Shown here piece by piece: positions 31,501 to 38,624 of a stretch of 41,394 bases of DNA (positions are counted from its first letter, which is position 1; the number at the start of each line of letters is the position of its first letter). Both the position numbers and the translations under genes were made by a program. Origin of the DNA: a virus; the IMG/VR virus record IMGVR_UViG_3300045988_021887, positions 1 to 41,394 of that record. One strand, 5' to 3'. Under the pieces are notes generated by a model. It was not told the DNA's origin. It did no database searches and worked only from the letters and a program-made list of their open reading frames with translations.

Positions 31501-33742
31501 TGGTATGTATAAGAACGGCAGAAATGAGTATGAGGGTACAACAATTCTCAACGATAAAGGTGATAGTGTATCGTTTGAAAATGCAGTACAAGAAATCATT
31601 GGCGAGGCTACAGAAACATTTGGCAAAGAAAGTGGCGATGTATTCAACAAACTCAACAATCAAACTAAGATGGATGCAGTAAGTGGTAAGTTGTATAGTT
31701 TCCACTTAGCATTGCTTAAAGTTGAAACATTCTTACGCAGAATGGGTGGCGGTAAAAATGGGTTCGCAGTTAAATACATCTATGACCCAATCAATAGAGC
31801 AACACAAGCGTTCAATGAACGTAAAGAAGTGTCTATGCGTAGACTGGCAAAAGATGTAGGAATATATTCCAAGCGTGAACTGTTTGATATGCGAAATGAC
31901 CATTTGTATACAGTTGGTGAGTTATACGGCTTAACAAAAGAGCAACTTATCATGATTGCTCTTAACTGGGGTACGGAAAGCAACCGACAACGTGTAATGG
32001 AAACCACAAAAGCAAATGAGGTTGAAATTGAACGTGCGTTCCAAGAACACATGACTGATAAGGACTGGGAGTTTGTTATTCGTACATGGGATCATATCAA
32101 TTCATTCTTTGAAGAGCGCAGCCGAGTACAAGAGGAATTATACGGAAACCCATTGAAGAAAGTAAAAGGTTTAACATTTACTATTGGTGGTAGAAACATT
32201 GAGGGGCAATATTTCCCTATTGTGTACAATCCTAAAGTCAATGCATCTGTAAGCGACAACCAAGTTGAAGATATTGCTAAAACTATGGTTAGTAGCAATG
32301 CAGTATGGGGAACTGGCATGAGTGCTACTAAATCACGTTTAGATGTGGTTAAGGATAAATCATTGTTACTTGATTTTGATGTAATTCCTAATGCTATTAC
32401 AGAGGCTATTAATCACGTTACAATGCGTAAAGCGGTAACTGATGTTAATAAGCTAATCAGTAATAGAGAATTGCAAAACTACATTGTGGATAAGTTTGGA
32501 GCTGATACGTATCAATTCTTGCGAACTTGGGTTCGTGATAACTGGCAAGATGAACCAGCAAAGGTTAGTGCGTTTGATAGATTAGTACTTACATTAAAGA
32601 AAAATACATCAACCGCAGTTATGGCTGGTAGAATATCAGTAGCTTTACAAAATGCGTTGAACTTACCAGTTGCGTTTTATCGTATTGGTGTAGGTAACAC
32701 TATTAGAGCTATAAATCATGCTGGAATAGGGTTCTATGGACACGGTACAACTACTTATAACAACACTAGAGATTTTGTATTAGCACAATCAATCTTCATG
32801 CGTGAACGTGTTCAAACTTTGGATAAAGACTTGAAACAAGGCTTATCTATTGGTGGTAAAGGTATTCGCATTAACGATACTAATATTGCTAATTATAAAG
32901 CAGAACAACTTGCTGATATTCGAGATGATATAAACCAAATGGGGTTTAGATTGCTTACAGAAACAGACTTTGCATTGTCTATTCCTGTATGGAAATTTGC
33001 ATATGATCAAAAGCAAGCGGAATTAATTGGTAAAGAGGGTGTAAGTCTTGAATGGATAGAACAACAATCTATCGAGGCTGGCGATAGAGCGGTTAGAGAT
33101 ATATTTGGTAGTGGTGATACTAAAGATGCTGCTGCAATTCAACGTGCTAGAAGTTCTGTTATGCAAATGTTCGTACCATTCTATTCCTACGCTAATACGC
33201 TTTATAACATTATTACAGAGGGGAACTACGCACGGAAAGATACTGGTGATCACGCAAGGTTCGTTAAAATGCTATGGTGGACATTGATTTCACAAGCAGT
33301 AGGTATGACGGCTTACAAAGCTATGACGAATGGCGATGATGATAAGCCTGATGATTTAGCTAAGTCATTTATCGAAGAATTAGTTGCACAAGGTACTATG
33401 GGTATTCCATTGGTTAGGGATATAACCAATATGGCTATGAAGTTTGTATTGAGAGAAAGACCTTATAATAAAGGAAACACAGTATTAGCTACAAGCATAG
33501 CAGAAAAATTCTACGATGTTGGAAACGCTATTATGTCAGACAAGAAAGATGGTGTTGATTTAGGCAGAAGTCTTAGTCAGTTAGCGAACAGGGCAACTGG
33601 TTTTAGTGATACTGTTACAGATGGACTATGGACATTAGCTAAATATGCGTTCACCGATACCGATGCAAAACTAGAAGATGTAATCATGGCTATCATGTTT
33701 GACCGTAGACTTAAAACTAAAAAAGATAAAAAGAAACATTGA
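25598..33742 (+). CDS. Giant (2714 aa) polyvalent internal virion / ejection protein (gp16 position)
   Basis: One uninterrupted ORF between the gp15-like gene and the tail-fibre gene. Gly/Ala zipper TM-like segments (26381..26500, about 26960..27000), long coiled coils and the embedded enzymatic modules listed separately. Confidence 0.85.
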   Translation: MSNNPWKIEQQKINPFINKDGDHGELGTPVNGVVGNAVDAVKQVGNALGGLADAPYLVDTTGSGKDRTLQTVSTIGEALKENPIVNNPALQAASARFIYASSDAVKANAALDYANKLNIGADVILNSGETGFTRAAYLANQVERGRTVQSLYDEYPELYKVKYGSQSEAMYSLENLQSIKSTHGIWDSIQQNIWSINDQMKLGDAGYELSNTTDPKKIEELTNEIQRLQTNLSNYRHADGLDIAQAVIGETAGQGYMMAKQGGVGAVAGAVAGALIGGLATEGVGAGAGAATGAKWGGGADMARNMYKMSFGNKYIELIQKKDANGNRVYTDQEANQYAMSFAAIDAGIEFAATAAMGKAFKAVAPKGMIAKAISAGVGDTVKTFDRGIGTTVAQMAKNSIKSGVPELFEEGLQDVNEKVQHNLTRKDNDLEGYYSVGDIAIGSLDAMKQALPAVIGFGAIGGAVGGVRTAKAFRDFQKLTPEQQQAAIIAEQNRNGAVIMDNVRKDSTTNKIAKENPELYGKIVQAQGDKVGVSTQYVDVAELVQSENGQLAIRDMVDNGLVTQEEVKAAIEADAPVEIPIGSYAQVSMNLSDETVEALKQTSYFTRGGMSLATLERAKQEVDVAKSVLKDDTSKRAERIKDDIIRNEFEGASDVDREVLNQVLADPTNIKRNFNNLLHTLKEQYRETYASDFDNADKSINDAVSTGIEPQWLVDYKANNGGKAPRTNAERRRAAYEYSRATTTESLNGNADALAQSDAHYADMEHMLMQIESLEAMKDKVFELANNDIALRMQLSKSGYDVYNEVVKAISESTNRKQRETAKANALLMAQHADIMAQYMRQMGKGGYTAMDYLRDSVRINMNAVLDNQKGYNQNTKAVWESKLDKVLSDWANNVDNANNIGSKKTIDIMDSPLVFKLINLDLKKIKITGGVLHKILRSPVFDSNGKRILSGHNDTVSIDMLKQLPNTIANPSAIFSADNGKKIIIITEVIGLNGKPIMMPILLNKYNDRGDYHVVQSYYARNTNIAYYDLLLGGDLIYINKERLSNNPKNQPPWLGGIKLSRSFINSIPNENDLDNLRKQHNYQYYQSAWHGSPHDFDTFDLGAIGTGEGNQAHGWGLYFAKDKKVSKLYKEVLSKEQGSNKSSLFKVEIPNETELLPEQHPISGYSRYVRDSLKNGLHKMSEEQLERFTSLLIKYHKGSIIGDEWTNKYTRFMDVGYIISELHNKNKTINDINKIQKRNIDRFLKTVGIDEDIDTISSNDELLKNVYEKFRNELYPKYEKEKQVEREREEKAILNVKTDVYGALEKTNIDGKQLYSFLSHALGNDEHFNLHNVKNAKKASEFLNSIGIKGIYYDGEQDGRCYVVFDDKAINVIEKYNQSVNGMTEIMKDGKRIISIFKTADRSTFLHEMGHVFFDDIQKLASMENAPEQLVTDWNKLKEWSGWVDGENVDNTKAHEKFARGWESYLRSGEAPTSALQRVFRQFSKWLTYIYRSVQRLGGEVPSDIKDVMARMIATQEDIEAYAEQQQLEQFEKTELYKQLSEQDQARMQSYIADVKEKAKERVMRKLMKELDNRPIKEWEEEKDAIQGEIEKRLIEQYPIYKDHQRYNTFGETAFEKTQYNSIEELEKAEVEQTGATFNDAINQEMDNAKAEFMRDNNVGKTNEQIAEEILLSTQGQMKLTEEESKIIQQSTNRELAKNWELLERIRKLDTNAETIDTELDEIEKEVKPTKYDELKSDKKKVDAALSDTTKQLEKAEERIERLQAMLNNRINNVRSIRGAGLGTISDYMERARKELGALPISNAVQFKTYQNKAVTAGKKADRALAVGDVDKALGFKREQMLQQARARVAFENFEKSKKLRLKLKQQLQRMTRPKNPIAIEPNMRYFYNHMAYQMGLTKYDGLQPVDGFDMNSVLAALDPDVGILNQQSMVQLEPWIVEMFYSKTPKPFRSITMNELETLEELMTGMYKNGRNEYEGTTILNDKGDSVSFENAVQEIIGEATETFGKESGDVFNKLNNQTKMDAVSGKLYSFHLALLKVETFLRRMGGGKNGFAVKYIYDPINRATQAFNERKEVSMRRLAKDVGIYSKRELFDMRNDHLYTVGELYGLTKEQLIMIALNWGTESNRQRVMETTKANEVEIERAFQEHMTDKDWEFVIRTWDHINSFFEERSRVQEELYGNPLKKVKGLTFTIGGRNIEGQYFPIVYNPKVNASVSDNQVEDIAKTMVSSNAVWGTGMSATKSRLDVVKDKSLLLDFDVIPNAITEAINHVTMRKAVTDVNKLISNRELQNYIVDKFGADTYQFLRTWVRDNWQDEPAKVSAFDRLVLTLKKNTSTAVMAGRISVALQNALNLPVAFYRIGVGNTIRAINHAGIGFYGHGTTTYNNTRDFVLAQSIFMRERVQTLDKDLKQGLSIGGKGIRINDTNIANYKAEQLADIRDDINQMGFRLLTETDFALSIPVWKFAYDQKQAELIGKEGVSLEWIEQQSIEAGDRAVRDIFGSGDTKDAAAIQRARSSVMQMFVPFYSYANTLYNIITEGNYARKDTGDHARFVKMLWWTLISQAVGMTAYKAMTNGDDDKPDDLAKSFIEELVAQGTMGIPLVRDITNMAMKFVLRERPYNKGNTVLATSIAEKFYDVGNAIMSDKKDGVDLGRSLSQLANRATGFSDTVTDGLWTLAKYAFTDTDAKLEDVIMAIMFDRRLKTKKDKKKH
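28300..28700 (+). other. PBECR-like (Barnase-EndoU-ColicinE5/D-RelE-like) nuclease module
   Basis: KIKITGGVLHKILRS...ILSGHNDTVSIDMLKQLPNTIANPSAIFSADNGKKIIIITEVIGLNGKPIMMPILL matches my recollection of the PBECR layout. Confidence 0.5.
28850..29740 (+). other. PARP-like (H-Y-E clade, ART-PolyVal-like) ADP-ribosyltransferase module
   Basis: AWHGSPHDFDTFD (His at 28874..28876), HGWGLYFAKDKKVSKLY (Tyr at 28958..28960) and IKGIYYDG...RCYVVFDDKAINVIEKY. Compare PARP1 LWHGSR / GKGIYFADMVSKSANY / NEYIVYDIAQVNLKY. Confidence 0.5.
29760..30110 (+). other. Zincin-like metallopeptidase module (HEMGH)
   Basis: RSTFLHEMGHVFFDD (29825..29839 encodes HEMGH) followed by AHEKFARGWESYLRSGEAPTSALQRVFRQFSKWLTYIYR. 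Confidence 0.6.
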
Positions 33743-33748
33743 TAAATA

Positions 33749-33773
33749 AGGACTATCCATTATGGGTAGTCCT
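33749..33773 (+). promoter_or_regulatory. Hairpin sequestering the SD and presenting the ATG of the tail-fibre gene
   Basis: AGGACTA(T)CC-ATTATG-GGTAGTCCT: 9 bp plus one bulge. The SD AAGGA sits in the 5' arm and the ATG (33762..33764) sits in the loop. Confidence 0.35.
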
Positions 33774-36281
33774 ATTTATATACAACTGAAAGGGGATGTT
33801 AAATTGACACCAGAAGTACTAAAACCATCTGTAGTGTATCAATGTGATGGGAAAAACAAGAAGTTTATTTTTCCTTATGATTTTGTACAAATCGAGGATA
33901 TTAAACTAACTATCGTTGATGCGGATGGAACAGAGGCGGTACAAGTAGGCAATATCGATTATGACGAAAACACCAAATCGGTAATTTACCCAGCTAATGG
34001 GGATGCACTAGCCGTAGGGCAAAAGGTTATCCTAGAACGTAAAACACCAATTTCACAAGATATGGACTTGCCTGATGAGTATCCATTCGAGAATATCGAA
34101 CACGCAACCGATAAGATCATACTCATTTTACAAGAAATGAAAGCAGAACTAGACCGTTCCTTAAAAATTCGAGTGGATAGCGACAAAAACGCAAATGAAG
34201 TTGCAAAAGATATTGTAGAGCGTTCTGTAAAAGCTGCTAATGATGCAATTAATGCAATGAATGTTATTTCTGAAAAGTCCGATAAGATTAATGCTAATGC
34301 AGATATAATCAACCGATTGGGCGAAGAAATCAAAACGATTGCATTGACTGTTGATGATAAATTGGCAACGGCTAATACCGCACTTGATACATCCTCAACT
34401 AATGTTGCTACTGCAGAACGATTAGTTAGAGATGCAAAGGCTTATGCAGGGCAAACAACTGTTGATAAACGAGATATTAATGATTTAGTCAGTCAAGCAC
34501 GCAATTTAAAAACCGACATTGATAATAAACAAACATCAATCGCAAGTAACGCTATCAAGGCAACAGATGCGGCAAAACGTGCAGAAACAGCAGCTAATAA
34601 AGCAGAACAAATTGCATTGCCTAATGGCGGTGGTTTAATTACAAAAACAGAGGCAAATACAAAGTTTATTCCTAAAGATAGCTTGTATGGCATTGTGTCA
34701 GTAAAAGACTTTGGGGCAGTTGGCGATGGTGTAGCAGATGATACGGCAGCATTTAAACGTGCTAATGATAACTTGAAGAATAAAATCTTGTTGATACCTA
34801 ATGGCATCTACAAAATCAATGAGCATCTATCGTTTAACACAGTCGATAGCGTAATGGATATGGGTACTTATAGCAATATCAAGCCATTCTATCCTACTGA
34901 AACACCGATGCTTAAAGGTGCAAATAATATTGCGTTTGTTAAAAACATTCAATATGGCGATGAAGTCAACCAATGCCAAGGGTTTACTTACAACGATAAG
35001 AAGAATGTATTCGTGTTAGCTTGTATCAATGGTGATGGTACCAACCAAGTATTATATGAACTCAATTCATCTACGTTTGAAATTGTAGGCACTTACAAGT
35101 TTAATGACCCAGATAAGATGGGGCATTGTAACACAATGTGTTATAACAAAAACACTAACAAGATTTATATTGCCAATGGCTTAAAAAATGGTAATAACTT
35201 AACAGTACTTAATGCAGATACAATGCAATATGAACGTACTATCACATTGAATGAACGTGTATTTAATATTGGCTATGACCCAATCACACGTACTTATGTA
35301 AGTATCGTACCTATTAGTGGTCAACAACGCTTACGTGAAATCAACTTATACAATGATGATTTTGTGAAAATGAAAACATATCAAGTTGATTACCAATACG
35401 ATGATTTTAATAACAATGGTGCTTTCATGTTAAATGGATGCATCATGAGTGCTACTTTGGGTAGCTTGGTAGAATGTACACCATTTGGCACAGTTAAACA
35501 GATTATTGAAATCAATAGAACTACTGAAATCGAAGATATAGCTTATTACAACGGAAAATTCTATTTTGCAGTTTTAACAGAAAAACCTAATAAGCGACAC
35601 CAAGTTGATATTTATGTGGGCGATCCAAACAAAGACTATCAAAACTCTATCAATACTGCACGATTAGCAACGCTTGATTATCTCAAACTAACAGGTGGTA
35701 CATTAAGTGGCGCACTTAAAATGGCTAACAATACCTTGATTGAGGGTTATAAGCCAGACGGACATGGTGTTGGTATTGCTAAAGTATCTACTAGCGGTAA
35801 CGTAGAAGTGGGCGATAATTCTGTAAATACCTTTGTTAAAGGTAAAGAGTTTAAGCATTACGACGGAACAGATAGTTATACAGTAATTACCACCAAACAC
35901 TACGGAACTGCTATCTATAAGAAAAAAGATGTGGATGATAACTTTGTTAAGAAAACAGAAGTAGACCAGTTAGGCTTTCCGTATTCTAAGATTGAGGCAG
36001 CGACAGACTGGAACACACTTACAACACAAGGTGCAATCGAAATCAACTTTGACGGCGGTGCTAACAACCCTCCACGTTCGCACAAACAAGGTATGCTAAT
36101 CGTAATGAATTTTGGCAAAGGTAAGATGATAGACCAAACATTCCATGCGTTCAACGGCGAAACATATCATCGTATGTTCATGGCTAACACATGGAAATCT
36201 TGGGGCAGGGTTCAAACATCCTTAAATAGCCGATTGAAATTGTGGAGTGCTACTGGTGGAAACGAGGTGTATGTTGAATAA
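33762..36281 (+). CDS. Tail fibre / receptor-binding protein (T7 gp17-type N-terminal adaptor, composite distal part)
   Basis: N-terminal VVYQCDGKNKKFIFPYDFVQIEDIKLTIV like the T7 tail-fibre N-domain. Coiled coil. SVKDFGAVGDGVADDTAAFKRA (pectate-lyase-3 signature). Repetitive beta-rich region. KLTGGTLSGAL fibre motif. Confidence 0.8.
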   Translation: MGSPIYIQLKGDVKLTPEVLKPSVVYQCDGKNKKFIFPYDFVQIEDIKLTIVDADGTEAVQVGNIDYDENTKSVIYPANGDALAVGQKVILERKTPISQDMDLPDEYPFENIEHATDKIILILQEMKAELDRSLKIRVDSDKNANEVAKDIVERSVKAANDAINAMNVISEKSDKINANADIINRLGEEIKTIALTVDDKLATANTALDTSSTNVATAERLVRDAKAYAGQTTVDKRDINDLVSQARNLKTDIDNKQTSIASNAIKATDAAKRAETAANKAEQIALPNGGGLITKTEANTKFIPKDSLYGIVSVKDFGAVGDGVADDTAAFKRANDNLKNKILLIPNGIYKINEHLSFNTVDSVMDMGTYSNIKPFYPTETPMLKGANNIAFVKNIQYGDEVNQCQGFTYNDKKNVFVLACINGDGTNQVLYELNSSTFEIVGTYKFNDPDKMGHCNTMCYNKNTNKIYIANGLKNGNNLTVLNADTMQYERTITLNERVFNIGYDPITRTYVSIVPISGQQRLREINLYNDDFVKMKTYQVDYQYDDFNNNGAFMLNGCIMSATLGSLVECTPFGTVKQIIEINRTTEIEDIAYYNGKFYFAVLTEKPNKRHQVDIYVGDPNKDYQNSINTARLATLDYLKLTGGTLSGALKMANNTLIEGYKPDGHGVGIAKVSTSGNVEVGDNSVNTFVKGKEFKHYDGTDSYTVITTKHYGTAIYKKKDVDDNFVKKTEVDQLGFPYSKIEAATDWNTLTTQGAIEINFDGGANNPPRSHKQGMLIVMNFGKGKMIDQTFHAFNGETYHRMFMANTWKSWGRVQTSLNSRLKLWSATGGNEVYVE

Positions 36282-36760
36282 TGCCTAATCTAAAAGTTAA
36301 GAAAGGGAATGATACTTTAACATTTGGACTGACCGATAATGTGCGTGATGTTGGTGATAGACGATTAACCTTTGTGATTGGTGGTAAAAAATATTATGCA
36401 CGATTGGGCGATACAAAGACCGCATTTGTAGTGCAACGCACATCCAATGGTAATAAAAACTATATACAAACAAGTCCAATTTCCTTTAAACCATGGGGGT
36501 GGTCGAAGTACCCAACCGATGTGAGAGGGACTGAAAAAATGTTTGTGTACTTACCCAAAGGGAGATATAGGGCGGCTGTATATGCTATTTCTGGAGATAG
36601 CAACGAATTTACAATAACTGAGTCAAAAGACATTGAAGTCAATGTATCTGTTTCTACTGGTCTTATATCAAAGGCTACATTCAATATTGACGGATGGAGA
36701 AGAGAAATGATGACAAAGGATAGTAATTTGAGCATCCAGATAGAACGAATTGGAGAGTAA
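36281..36760 (+). CDS. Hypothetical protein downstream of the tail fibre (fibre accessory?)
   Basis: 159 aa, beta-rich, ATG overlaps the fibre stop. Confidence 0.45.
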   Translation: MPNLKVKKGNDTLTFGLTDNVRDVGDRRLTFVIGGKKYYARLGDTKTAFVVQRTSNGNKNYIQTSPISFKPWGWSKYPTDVRGTEKMFVYLPKGRYRAAVYAISGDSNEFTITESKDIEVNVSVSTGLISKATFNIDGWRREMMTKDSNLSIQIERIGE

Positions 36761-36762
36761 AC

Positions 36763-37311
36763 ATGATTGAAGTATTTTTGCTACCACCATTTGTGGTTGA
36801 GGTTTTTAATGTGAGTGAGGCAATTAGAATTTCATTAGCCATATTCACAAGTGTTGTATTGGTGTTTGTTGATACATTCTTGCGTGTCTTAGTTGAGGCA
36901 CGCAATTTTAATTTAGCGACCAATAGAGAATTAACCATTAAGAATATGTTCCTTGCGATTATATGGCGAGGATGGGCGAGTGTTGAAGTTAATGGTAAGC
37001 AACGCAGATTTTTAGTGAGTGGAAAACTACGAGCAGATATGACTAAGAAATTAGTTAAATCTTATCCTTGGCTTTTCTTATTGTCATTTATCTTGTTAAT
37101 CTTGCCTGATGTGGACTTTCCTATACTAGGTAGAATTGATGTATTTCTATCTACATTGATGTATCTAGTACCTATCATGGTTGAATTAGCATCTATTGTG
37201 GAGAATATGATTGAACTTGAATTTGTGGAAAGTACATGGTTTAAGCGTGCGATGAAATTGGTTAAAGAGTTGATAGCGTTCGTTAAATCAATAAAGGATG
37301 CGATTAAATGA
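36763..37311 (+). CDS. Holin (phage_holin_4_1 / TcdE-like family)
   Basis: 182 aa with several TM helices. The ELASIVENMIE motif resembles the conserved E..SI.EN of this family. Confidence 0.55.
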   Translation: MIEVFLLPPFVVEVFNVSEAIRISLAIFTSVVLVFVDTFLRVLVEARNFNLATNRELTIKNMFLAIIWRGWASVEVNGKQRRFLVSGKLRADMTKKLVKSYPWLFLLSFILLILPDVDFPILGRIDVFLSTLMYLVPIMVELASIVENMIELEFVESTWFKRAMKLVKELIAFVKSIKDAIK

Positions 37312-37499
37312 AAATTAATTATGAGGACACTATAACCTTAGTGGCACTAGCGGCTGCACTAATCATGACTATTTATCTTGAACAAAAAGATTTGGCAAGC
37401 GTAATAGTTGGTGTGTTAGGCGGTTATATCGGTGCTGCTAGTGGTTCTAAACGCTCCCAACATACAAATGGGGGCAGCAATGACAATGAAAAGGAGTGA
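37308..37499 (+). CDS. Small two-TM holin-like protein
   Basis: 63 aa with two hydrophobic helices and a charged C-terminus. Confidence 0.5.
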   Translation: MKINYEDTITLVALAAALIMTIYLEQKDLASVIVGVLGGYIGAASGSKRSQHTNGGSNDNEKE

Positions 37500-37504
37500 T
37501 TAGA

Positions 37505-38164
37505 ATGGCTGAATTAGGACAGTTGAGTGCGGAATATGAAAGTAATGGTGATCCAGCGTGTGTATCTAGTGGCATCAATGATGCAGGCGGTATCTCTTAT
37601 GGTACGTATCAACTAGCAAGTAATTGTGGTAGTGTTGATGCGTTTCTTGGTTGGGGGTTAAAGCAAGGTGGCTTTTACAAGGACTACGCAAGAGCATTGA
37701 TTGATAGCGGTGAAATCAATTCTGATGGTTTTATTGCTAAGTGGCAAGAGTTAGGTACGCTTGATGCGGTAGGGTTTGAACAGATGCAACATGACTATAT
37801 CAAAAGTGCTTATTACGATGTAGCGTGTGAGTACCTAAGACAGAATATGTTTAATGTGGAAAAACATTCCAATGCATTAAAGGATGTAGTATGGAGTCGA
37901 GCAGTACAGTATGGTACTGGTGAAATCGTCAATATGTTCAATGATGCGTTGAAGTTAATGGAAAAAGCATTAGATATTGAATTACCAAACCTATCCTATA
38001 TCGATGATAAGCGGTTTGATTATGACCTTATCGCTGGTATCTATGATACGTGCATGAGCCTTGAATGGAATAGTAGCGTGTTACGTGAAAGTCTAAATAA
38101 TCGATTTGCTGATGAAAAGTTTAAGGCTTTAAAAATGCTAATGGAAGAGGTAGAGGGGGCATAG
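37505..38164 (+). CDS. Putative endolysin (lysozyme/chitosanase-like, VgrG3-C-terminal-like fold), no recognisable wall-binding domain
   Basis: ATG 8 nt after AAGGAG. SAEYESNGDPACVSSGINDAGGISYGTYQLASNCGSVDAFL. Position after the holins. Confidence 0.55.
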   Translation: MAELGQLSAEYESNGDPACVSSGINDAGGISYGTYQLASNCGSVDAFLGWGLKQGGFYKDYARALIDSGEINSDGFIAKWQELGTLDAVGFEQMQHDYIKSAYYDVACEYLRQNMFNVEKHSNALKDVVWSRAVQYGTGEIVNMFNDALKLMEKALDIELPNLSYIDDKRFDYDLIAGIYDTCMSLEWNSSVLRESLNNRFADEKFKALKMLMEEVEGA

Positions 38165-38168
38165 ATGA

Positions 38169-38600
38169 ATGTTTTATTTGTCTAAGATACTAACTTATAT
38201 CAAAACACACAAACGCACCGTACAAGTGCTAATTCCGCTATTAGTGTTTGTATTCCTTTGTGTAGGGTGTTATCACTTGTACAACAAAAGACAGATTGAA
38301 AAGCCTGTTGTGGTAACTCAACAACAAGCTAAATCTCCAAAGGAATTGGCCAAGGCAATCCATGTAACAGAACAACAAGCGAAAGAGGTTATTTCCATTA
38401 AGGAAAGAACTCAACCAGTAGCGACATACTACACACAAGCACCTACAGTAGAAAAAGCTGCAGAAAAGGTTAAACAGGATATTGCGCATAGCAACCCTAA
38501 TTTACCTAAAGCAGCAACTGAAAAATCTGATAGAACCGCAGTAGTTGCTAACACAGATGAACAAAAGGTAGATGTATATAAGATTAATCTAAATAAATAA
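38169..38600 (+). CDS. N-terminally membrane-anchored (signal/lipobox-like LCVGC) protein of the lysis cassette
   Basis: 143 aa. Basic N-terminus, hydrophobic helix, then a Gln/Lys/Ala-rich region. Confidence 0.5.
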   Translation: MFYLSKILTYIKTHKRTVQVLIPLLVFVFLCVGCYHLYNKRQIEKPVVVTQQQAKSPKELAKAIHVTEQQAKEVISIKERTQPVATYYTQAPTVEKAAEKVKQDIAHSNPNLPKAATEKSDRTAVVANTDEQKVDVYKINLNK

Positions 38601-38624
38601 CATAAAATAAAAGCTGGTGTTACT

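Noticed and set aside
33762-36281. Diversity-generating retroelement, considered because the capsid module resembles BPP-1
   Set aside because: There is no reverse-transcriptase ORF anywhere in the window. I found no template/variable repeat pair of about 100 bp or more near the fibre C-terminus.
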